DNA from: Acidimicrobiia bacterium
GTDB lineage: Bacteria; Actinomycetota; Acidimicrobiia; IMCC26256; JAENVU01
NCBI GenBank assembly: GCA_031362155.1
Contig: JANLRZ010000109.1
Coordinates: 3,641-67,640, forward strand
DNA length: 64,000 nt
Direction: 5' to 3'
Shown: positions 28,739 to 35,482 of the stretch, in pieces
Layout of the letters: each line of letters opens with the position of its first letter
How positions within the stretch are numbered: position 1 is the first letter of the stretch
Position numbers and translations under genes: made by a program
Notes under the pieces: model-generated
Told to the model about the DNA's origin: nothing
Seen by the model: only the letters and a program-made list of their open reading frames with translations
The model's database searches: none

Positions 28739-30523
28739 GTGTCCGACCTCTCCCGGTTCCGCAACCTGTCGATCGTCGCGCACGTGGACCATGGGAAATC
28801 CACGCTGGCGGACCGCTTTCTCGAACTCTCCGGTGCGGTCGACGCCCGCGATATGCGCGCCCAATACCTCGATTCGATGGATATCGAACGCGAACGGGGC
28901 ATCACGATCAAGGCCCAGAACGTCCGGATCAACTGGGCCGACCACGTCATCAATCTGATCGACACCCCTGGTCACGTCGATTTCGGGTACGAGGTCTCCC
29001 GGTCGCTCGCGGCGTGCGAAGGGGTCGTGCTGGTGGTCGACGCCAGCCAGGGGATCGAGGCCCAGACGCTGGCTAACTGCTATCTCGCGATGGAACACGA
29101 CCTCGCGATCGTCGCGGCGGTGAACAAGATCGACCTGCCTGCGGCCGACCCCGACCGGGTCTGCGGCGAGATCGAGAACGTCTTGGGCGTGCCTGCCGAT
29201 GAGATCCTCCGAATCTCGGCGAAGTCCGGTCACGGAGTCACCGATCTGCTGGACGCGATCGTCGAACGGATTCCTCCGCCCGTCGGCAACGCGGAGGATC
29301 CGCTCCAGGCGCTGATCTTCGATTCGATCTACGACCCGTACCGCGGGGTGATCTCGTCGCTGCGCGTGTTCAACGGCACGCTCAACTCCGGCGCGAAGTT
29401 GCGGTTCGTCCAGGCCGGTGCGAATCACGACGCGGAAGAGGTCGGCGTACGCCTGCCGGTCCCGACCGCGGTCTCGTCCCTCGGTCCGGGCGAAGTTGGC
29501 TATCTCATCGCGGGCATCAAGGATGTCGGCCAAGCGCGAGTGGGTGAGACGGTCACGACCGCACAGCGACCGTCGGAACCACTCGACGGGTACCTCGACC
29601 CGAAGCCGATGGTGTTCTGCGGGCTGTACCCGGTCGAAGGCGATTCGTACGCGGATCTGCGCGAGTCGCTGGAGCGGTTGCGACTCAACGACTCGTCGTT
29701 CACCTACGAACCGGAAACGTCGGGCGCACTGGGCTTCGGATTCCGGTGCGGATTCCTCGGCCTGTTGCACATGGAGATCGTGCGGGAACGCCTCGAACGC
29801 GAGTACGACCTCGATCTCGTCGCCACCGCGCCCAACGTCGAGTACCGCGCGATCGCCCTCGACGGCACGGTCTCGGTGGTCGACAACCCGTCGGCGCTCC
29901 CGACGCCGAACGACATGGCCGGGATCGAGGAGCCCTACGTCCAGATCACGATGCTCACGCCGTCGGAGTATGTGGGCACCTTGATGGAACTCGCGCAGGG
30001 CCGCCGCGGCGACCTCAAGAAGATGGAGTACCTCTCGGCGGAACGGCTCGAGATCGTCTACGAGGTTCCGCTGGCCGAGATCGTCATGGATTTCTTCGAC
30101 CAGCTGAAGTCGCGATCGAAGGGCTACGCGTCGCTCGACTACGAACCGATCGGGTATCGCGAGTCGAAGTTGGTGCGAGTCGACATCATGCTGAACGGTG
30201 TGCCCGTCGACGCGTTCTCGTCGATTGCGCATCGCGACAAGGCGTACGACTACGGCAAGCGCATGACCGACAAGCTCAAGGAACTGATCCCGCGCCAGCT
30301 GTTCGACGTGCCCATTCAAGCGGCGATCGGGGGTCGGATCATCGCCCGCGAGACCGTGAAGGCGAAGCGCAAGGACGTCATCGCGAAGTGTTACGGCGGT
30401 GACATCACCCGGAAGCGGAAGCTGCTGGAGAAGCAGAAGGCCGGGAAGAAGCGCATGAAACAGATCGGTAGCGTCGAAGTCCCCCAAGAGGCGTTCGTCG
30501 CCGCCTTGAAACTCGGCGACTAA
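28739..30523 (+). CDS. lepA: Elongation factor 4 (LepA)
   Basis: The GTG at 28739 follows GGAG. It starts [19 protein letters not shown] and has the C-terminal LepA motif [25 protein letters not shown]. Confidence 0.96.
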   Translation: MSDLSRFRNLSIVAHVDHGKSTLADRFLELSGAVDARDMRAQYLDSMDIERERGITIKAQNVRINWADHVINLIDTPGHVDFGYEVSRSLAACEGVVLVVDASQGIEAQTLANCYLAMEHDLAIVAAVNKIDLPAADPDRVCGEIENVLGVPADEILRISAKSGHGVTDLLDAIVERIPPPVGNAEDPLQALIFDSIYDPYRGVISSLRVFNGTLNSGAKLRFVQAGANHDAEEVGVRLPVPTAVSSLGPGEVGYLIAGIKDVGQARVGETVTTAQRPSEPLDGYLDPKPMVFCGLYPVEGDSYADLRESLERLRLNDSSFTYEPETSGALGFGFRCGFLGLLHMEIVRERLEREYDLDLVATAPNVEYRAIALDGTVSVVDNPSALPTPNDMAGIEEPYVQITMLTPSEYVGTLMELAQGRRGDLKKMEYLSAERLEIVYEVPLAEIVMDFFDQLKSRSKGYASLDYEPIGYRESKLVRVDIMLNGVPVDAFSSIAHRDKAYDYGKRMTDKLKELIPRQLFDVPIQAAIGGRIIARETVKAKRKDVIAKCYGGDITRKRKLLEKQKAGKKRMKQIGSVEVPQEAFVAALKLGD

Positions 30524-30581
30524 CTCTGGACGGCGAGGGTTCTCGGGTCGATACTGGCGGCCTGACCACCTGGGAGTTGTC

Positions 30582-31799
30582 ATGGTTCGACGTTCGGGTT
30601 GTGCCCGCTCGCTGGTAGCCCTGGTCGTCGTCACTGCGCTCAGCGGGTGTGCGTTCGTTGCGAGGGTGTCGCAGCCGTCCGGTGACCCGCCGCCGTCCGA
30701 GTCGAACGGTGCGAGCGGGCACCCGTCGATCTCGACGACCGGGCGTTTCGTGGCCTTCGATTCGACTGCGACCAATCTTGTCGCGAGCGACACGAATGGC
30801 GTGAGCGACGTGTTCGTTCACGATTTCGTGACCCGAACCACGGTGCGGGTGAGCGTTGGGGGTGGCGGTGCCGAGGCCACCGGACCGAGTCGGAACCCCA
30901 GCATCAGCGCTGATGGTCAACGAATCGCGTTCGAGTCCGATGCTGCGAATCTCGTGGCGGCCGACGCCGACACCACCACCGACGTCTTCGTTCACGACCT
31001 CGCCGCGGGGACGACAATCTTGGCGTCAGTCGCAACCGACGGGTCGCCGTTCGTGCGCGCCACGAAACGCCCGGTCCTTTCGGGGAACGGTCAGAGTGTC
31101 GTGTTCGGCCTGGACCTCGAGGCTCAGGGATTCTGTTGCGTTCCGGTCCCGACGGTCCGGCGCATCGATCTGGCCACGACGACCGTGCTCACGTCCGCGG
31201 TGTTCGGAACGGTGATGGCGATCACCGACGACGGCACGCGGCTGGCCTTGGTGGCGGGCGCGCCTGGGCCGGGCGACGGCGCCACGTTCGCGCTTCGCGT
31301 CGTCGATGCGACCGGCACCATCGTGCGGGAGATCGCATCGGGGACGATCAGCCATCAGTCCCAGGGTTACGCATTGCTGACACTGTCGGCCGACGGTTCC
31401 ACCGTTGCTTGGTTCCTCGGCAACCGCGCAACGGGCCAGGTGAAGGTGGAGGCGCTCGGACCGCCCATCGTGGCACCCGCGTTCACGACGACGGTCTCGG
31501 GCGCGGAGTTCTTGAAGCTGAGCACGAACGGGCAGAGCCTGTTGGTTCGCAATGCGTCGGCGGTGGATGGCCAGCCAGTCGGCTCGTTGTGGGAAGCCGG
31601 GTCCACATCGCTCCGGGTGGTGTCCACCAACAAAGTCGGGGTGGTCTCGAACCTCTACGGCGGGCAGGACCTGTCGGGCGACGGGAAGTGGGTGGCGCTC
31701 GAAGTGTTCAGCCCCGGCATGGTCGATGACGACACCAATGGCGTCGCCGACATCTTCATTCGCTCGACCGGTGTGTCGAACGAGGGCCCGACGGCGTAA
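30582..31799 (+). CDS. Lipoprotein with PD40/TolB-like beta-propeller repeats
   Basis: Has the lipobox LSGC. The units PSIS..G..VAF.S.A.NLV..D.N...DVFVHD are repeated. Confidence 0.7.
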   Translation: MVRRSGCARSLVALVVVTALSGCAFVARVSQPSGDPPPSESNGASGHPSISTTGRFVAFDSTATNLVASDTNGVSDVFVHDFVTRTTVRVSVGGGGAEATGPSRNPSISADGQRIAFESDAANLVAADADTTTDVFVHDLAAGTTILASVATDGSPFVRATKRPVLSGNGQSVVFGLDLEAQGFCCVPVPTVRRIDLATTTVLTSAVFGTVMAITDDGTRLALVAGAPGPGDGATFALRVVDATGTIVREIASGTISHQSQGYALLTLSADGSTVAWFLGNRATGQVKVEALGPPIVAPAFTTTVSGAEFLKLSTNGQSLLVRNASAVDGQPVGSLWEAGSTSLRVVSTNKVGVVSNLYGGQDLSGDGKWVALEVFSPGMVDDDTNGVADIFIRSTGVSNEGPTA

Positions 31800-31836
31800 C
31801 TCGGCGACGAACCCCTCCCCACCGAACCCGCGCTGC

Positions 31837-31892
31837 TTGCGCACCCCCTGGGGTGCGCAACCGGCGCCAGTTGCGCACCCCAGGGGGTGCGC
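31837..31892. repeat. Two copies of a 22-24-nt near-palindromic element in inverted orientation (REP-like; likely a bidirectional terminator)
   Basis: Copy 1 is TTGCGCACCCCCTGGGGTGCGCAA (31837-31860). Copy 2 is TTGCGCACCCCAGGGGGTGCGC (31871-31892), which equals the reverse complement of copy 1. They lie between convergent genes. Confidence 0.85.
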
Positions 31893-31932
31893 TCCGCGTG
31901 TTGGTTCGGCGGATCGGCCGGCGAGATCGGGG

Positions 31933-33072
31933 TCAGTCTCGGGGCAGGCCGAGGACGCGTTCGCCGAGGATGTTGCGCTGGACCTCGCTCGTCCCGCCGC
32001 CGATGGTGAGGGCCCGGGCGTAGAGGTAGCCGTAGCTCCACATGCCCCCGCCGGTGTCGCCGTAGGGTCCGGCTTGGGCCAACAAGCCGCCGGTCCCGGC
32101 CAGTTCGATCGCCATCTCCATCACGTGTTGGCCGTGCTCGTCGGAGATGGCCTTACGGACGCTTGCTTCCGGCCCTGGCTCCATGCCGCGCACCGTCGCC
32201 GACACGGTGCGGAGCCGAATGAGACGCAGGATCTCACTCTCGATGTAGAGCCCAGCGAGTCGTTGACGCGTGATGGGATCGCCGGCGCCTCCATGGTCGC
32301 GGACGATGTCGATGACGTCCATCGCAGTGGGGCCGCGGCCCCAGAGCGCGCCCTCACCGGAGAGCGACACGCGCTCGTTGCCCAGCGTGACTTTGGCCAG
32401 GCGCCAACCGTCGTGGAGGTCGCCGACGACGTTCTCGGCCGGGATCCGCACGTCGGTGAAGAACACCTCGTTGAACTCGTGCGTGCCGGTCATCTGCACG
32501 AGCGGTCGAACTTCGATGCCGGGTGTGCGCATGTCGAGTACGAAGTACGTAATGCCCTTGTGGGCTTCAGCATCAGGGTCGGTGCGGGCGAGCAGGATGC
32601 CGAAGTGTGAGACGTGCGCCAACGTGGTCCACACCTTCTGCCCGTTCACGATGAACTCGTCACCGTCGCGCACGGCGGTCGTGCCGAGCGAGGCCAGGTC
32701 GGACCCCGCGCCGGGCTCGCTGAAGAGTTGGCACCAGATCTCGGAGCCGTCGAGGAGGCCGGGGAGATAGCGATCGTGCTGATCCTCGGTTCCGGCGACG
32801 AGCAATGTCGGCCCGGCCCAGCCGATGCCGATCGGGTTCATCGGCCTGGGCGCATCCGCGGCCCTCAGTTCCTGGTCGATCACCAACTGCTCGATCGCCG
32901 ACGCCGATCGGCCCCACGGCTTCGGCCAGTGGGGCGCGACGTACCCGGCCGCAGCGAGCGTGCGGGACCAGTCGGGCGGATAGACGCCCTCGGGTGCGTG
33001 CTCGGCGAGGAAGGCCCGCACGTCGGCGCGGTACTGCTCGGCTTCGGGGGGCAAGTCGAAATCCACCCCCAT
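31933..33072 (-). CDS. Acyl-CoA dehydrogenase family protein
   Basis: 379 aa. The C-terminal IGGGTSEVQRNILGERVLGLP and the ACAD middle-domain motifs are present. Confidence 0.88.
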   Translation of the reverse strand: MGVDFDLPPEAEQYRADVRAFLAEHAPEGVYPPDWSRTLAAAGYVAPHWPKPWGRSASAIEQLVIDQELRAADAPRPMNPIGIGWAGPTLLVAGTEDQHDRYLPGLLDGSEIWCQLFSEPGAGSDLASLGTTAVRDGDEFIVNGQKVWTTLAHVSHFGILLARTDPDAEAHKGITYFVLDMRTPGIEVRPLVQMTGTHEFNEVFFTDVRIPAENVVGDLHDGWRLAKVTLGNERVSLSGEGALWGRGPTAMDVIDIVRDHGGAGDPITRQRLAGLYIESEILRLIRLRTVSATVRGMEPGPEASVRKAISDEHGQHVMEMAIELAGTGGLLAQAGPYGDTGGGMWSYGYLYARALTIGGGTSEVQRNILGERVLGLPRD

Positions 33073-33165
33073 GGCCTACGCCAACCATCGGACTCCCTGC
33101 CATTCCTGCGCCAAAAACCTGGCGCGTGGAGCCGGTTTCTGACGCACGAACGGTCACACTGGGGC

Positions 33166-34260
33166 GTGGCCTTCGGCGTGTACGTGCACATTCCGTTCTG
33201 TGCGCATCGGTGCGACTACTGCGACTTCGCGACCTGGACCGATCGCGGCCACCTGATCGATGACTACGTCGACGCATGTGTCGCCGACCTCGCGGTTCGC
33301 GCGTCCCGCGGCGAGGTGGCCGCGGCCGACTCGGTCTTCTTCGGTGGCGGAACGCCGTCGATGGTGCCGGCCGACCAACTCGTCCGGATCCTCGACGCCA
33401 TTCCCCGCTCCGACGACGCCGAGGTGACGATCGAGTGCAACCCCGACTCGACGAGCGAGGAACAGCTCCGCGTGCTTGCGGCGGCCGGGGTGAACCGCGT
33501 GTCGTTCGGAGTGCAGTCGATGCGCACCAACGTGCTCGCGGTACTCGGCCGCACGCACGATCCCGACAACGTCGTCCGGGCAGTCGACGCCGCTCGCCGT
33601 GCGGGCATCGGTCGGGTCAATCTCGACCTCATCTACGGCACGCCCGGTGAGTCCGTCGACGATTGGACCGCGACGGTGGAGGGTGCCATCGCGCTCGAGC
33701 CCGAGCATGTGAGTGCGTACGCGCTCACGGTCGAAGCCGGCACTCCACTCGGTCAGGATGTCGCCGCGGGTATCAAGCCGGCACCCGACGACGACGACCA
33801 GGCCGATAAGTACACGATTGCCGACGATCTCCTCGCGGCTCACGACTACGAGTGGTACGAGATCTCGAACTGGGCCCGGCCGGACGAAGCGTGCCGACAC
33901 AACCTTCTCTACTGGCAGGGCGGCGACTATCTCGCGATCGGCTGCGCGGCCCACGGCAAGACCGGTCCCCGCCGATGGTGGAACGTGCGCACTCCTGAGC
34001 GCTACGTCGCCGCGATCCGGACCGGGAGTTCGCCCGTCGCCGCTGACGAACTCTTGGATCCCGATGGACGCGCCGTCGAGGCCCGGGATCTCGCGCTGCG
34101 CCTGAAGTGGGGTATCCCCGTCGCCGACGTGGACCCGGGTGCGGCGGGGGAGTTGATCGACGCCGGCTTGCTCACTCGAACGGCCGCGCCGGGACACCTG
34201 GTGCTCACCCGGCCGGGACGCATGCTGGCCAACGAAGTCAGCATTCGCCTGCAAGCCTGA
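33166..34260 (+). CDS. hemW: Radical SAM heme chaperone HemW (HemN-like, oxygen-independent coproporphyrinogen oxidase family)
   Basis: The GTG at 33166 gives (M)AFGVYVHIPFCAHRCDYCDF, with the CxxxCxxC motif. It is the 3' part of track ORF 32614..34260 and occupies the lepA-hemW-hrcA position. Confidence 0.9.
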   Translation: MAFGVYVHIPFCAHRCDYCDFATWTDRGHLIDDYVDACVADLAVRASRGEVAAADSVFFGGGTPSMVPADQLVRILDAIPRSDDAEVTIECNPDSTSEEQLRVLAAAGVNRVSFGVQSMRTNVLAVLGRTHDPDNVVRAVDAARRAGIGRVNLDLIYGTPGESVDDWTATVEGAIALEPEHVSAYALTVEAGTPLGQDVAAGIKPAPDDDDQADKYTIADDLLAAHDYEWYEISNWARPDEACRHNLLYWQGGDYLAIGCAAHGKTGPRRWWNVRTPERYVAAIRTGSSPVAADELLDPDGRAVEARDLALRLKWGIPVADVDPGAAGELIDAGLLTRTAAPGHLVLTRPGRMLANEVSIRLQA

Positions 34261-34279
34261 GCGACCCTGCGCATGGTGA

Positions 34280-34347
34280 GGTCTTCGTGGCCCGGAACCG
34301 CGACGAAGACCGGGGCCTGCTTCTGAGGAGCGACGCAGGCCCCGGTC
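34280..34347. terminator. Two overlapping GC-rich hairpins between convergent hemW and the lipoprotein gene
   Basis: GGTCTTCGT (34280-34288) pairs with ACGAAGACC (34303-34311). GACCGGGGCCTGC (34308-34320) pairs with GCAGGCCCCGGTC (34335-34347). Confidence 0.55.
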
Positions 34348-34362
34348 TCCCTGCCGAGCTCG

Positions 34363-35118
34363 TCAGCTGACGGTGAATTCGGCGACCATGCCTTTCATGG
34401 CGTGGGGCGTGCCGTCCGAGTCCGGCAGGAAGCAGACCAGCGCGTAGCGCCCAGGCTCAAGGTCGAAGGTGACGGCCTCGTCATCCCCGCCGCCTGCGGC
34501 GATCTTGGTGCCCCACTGCTGCTCGGTCTGCGACTCGTCTTGGAGCGCCTGCTGGAGGTCGGCCGGCGCGTCCCCCTTGAGCTTGCCGATGCCGAGGAAG
34601 TGGGCCTGCTCGCCATCGTTGGTGAGCACGAACGACGTCCGGCCGGCTCCGGCCGGGGGTTCGAAGGCGAACTCGAAGTCCGTGGCCGTCACGTCGACCC
34701 GGGCGGCGTCGCCCTCAACGTCGTGGGAGCCACCCGGACCCGGGTCATCCTCGTCGCTGTGGTCGATCCCGCATTCCGCCGTCTCGAATGCGTTGATCTC
34801 GGTGATCGCGTCCTCGACGTCGTCGGCACCGAAGGCATTGAACTGGGCCACGACGTCATCGCCGGCCTCGATGAGCTTTGGCGCAGCGAAGGCGATCGGC
34901 TCGGAGATCGCGTCGGGCGCGAGCTCTTGGAACTGGCGGAGTTGCTTCACGGTCGGGAAGCTCTCCTGCTTCGCGACCTTCTTCGCGAGCTTGCAGTACG
35001 CGGCTGGGTCGTTCTTCGGGCCGGGTTTCGCAACGCTTCCGCCGTCACTGCCGCACCCGGTGGCCGCGACCACCAGCGAGGCGGCGAGCGCGCCGGCTGC
35101 GACCAGGGTCTTGTTCAT
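34363..35118 (-). CDS. Lipoprotein with a C-terminal cupredoxin-like domain
   Basis: Signal plus lipobox VAATGC. The C-terminus has ...EQAHFLGIG...ALVCFLPDSDGTPHAMKGMVAEFTV, giving possible His/Cys/His/Met copper ligands. GGAGGA lies 7 nt upstream of the ATG. Confidence 0.6.
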   Translation of the reverse strand: MNKTLVAAGALAASLVVAATGCGSDGGSVAKPGPKNDPAAYCKLAKKVAKQESFPTVKQLRQFQELAPDAISEPIAFAAPKLIEAGDDVVAQFNAFGADDVEDAITEINAFETAECGIDHSDEDDPGPGGSHDVEGDAARVDVTATDFEFAFEPPAGAGRTSFVLTNDGEQAHFLGIGKLKGDAPADLQQALQDESQTEQQWGTKIAAGGGDDEAVTFDLEPGRYALVCFLPDSDGTPHAMKGMVAEFTVS

Positions 35119-35170
35119 CTACGTCCTCCAGGACCTACATCGGATCGGGCGGTTCCCGATCGCTCGTTGG

Positions 35171-35176
35171 ACCGTA
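35171..35176 (-). promoter_or_regulatory. -10-like TACGGT hexamer (minus strand) upstream of the lipoprotein gene, 23 nt downstream of palindrome copy B
   Basis: The + strand reads ACCGTA at 35171-35176. The same hexamer at the same distance from the same palindrome is found upstream of the mini-LuxR gene. Confidence 0.35.
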
Positions 35177-35199
35177 GAGATCGCACCCGGCGCGCCACC

Positions 35200-35216
35200 C
35201 GCGTACCGGCTACGCG
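35200..35216. promoter_or_regulatory. Palindrome CGCGTA-N5-TACGCG, copy B; overlaps the stop codon of the mini-LuxR gene
   Basis: CGCGTACCGGCTACGCG. The stop codon (cta on the + strand) is at 35210-35212. Confidence 0.5.
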
Positions 35217-35431
35217 TTTGTCTGGCCGGCGGGCCGGTCGCGTTCGGCCACGATCTCGACGAGCTTCACCGTCATGATGCGCACGAGCGCGGGTACGGCC
35301 GCCGGGTCGACGCCCACGACGTCGGCCAGCTCGGCGTCGCTCAAACCGGCGAGCACGCCCTGGAGCGCCCGCACGTATTCGGCGGGCAGGTGGGTGGAGA
35401 CGCCGCTCGGGATCTGCGGGGGTTCGCGCAC
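35210..35431 (-). CDS. Stand-alone degenerate LuxR-type HTH protein (73 aa)
   Basis: Third codon positions are almost entirely G/C. The last 59 aa align without gaps to the last 59 aa of the upstream LAL regulator (L-x12-AGL[ST][ND]xE[IL]A ... KL ... NA-stop). Confidence 0.6.
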   Translation of the reverse strand: MREPPQIPSGVSTHLPAEYVRALQGVLAGLSDAELADVVGVDPAAVPALVRIMTVKLVEIVAERDRPAGQTNA

Positions 35432-35437
35432 CTACAG

Positions 35438-35443
35438 ACCGTA
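35438..35443 (-). promoter_or_regulatory. -10-like TACGGT hexamer (minus strand) 6 nt upstream of the mini-LuxR GTG (candidate leaderless promoter)
   Basis: The + strand reads ACCGTA at 35438-35443. The spacer is 35432-35437 and the start codon is at 35429-35431. Confidence 0.35.
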
Positions 35444-35465
35444 CGGGGTCGGCGCGCGGGGCGAC

Positions 35466-35482
35466 CGCGTATCGGCTACGCG
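35466..35482. promoter_or_regulatory. Palindrome CGCGTA-N5-TACGCG, copy A; overlaps the stop codon of the LAL regulator gene
   Basis: CGCGTATCGGCTACGCG. The stop codon is at 35476-35478. The palindrome centre lies about 43 nt upstream of the mini-LuxR start codon. Confidence 0.5.

Noticed and set aside
28217-30793. Very long antisense ORFs opposite well-supported genes: 858 aa opposite lepA, 888 aa (56187-58853) opposite ppdK, 760 aa (52689-54971) opposite recO/glyQS, 645 aa (59207-61144) opposite dgt/dnaG, and 580 aa (46870-48612) opposite ctaD.
   Set aside because: Their translations are Arg/Gly/Pro/Asp-rich with no recognisable motifs. The sense-strand genes have unmistakable family signatures. 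Long stop-free antisense frames are the expected by-product of high G+C content and strong third-position bias.
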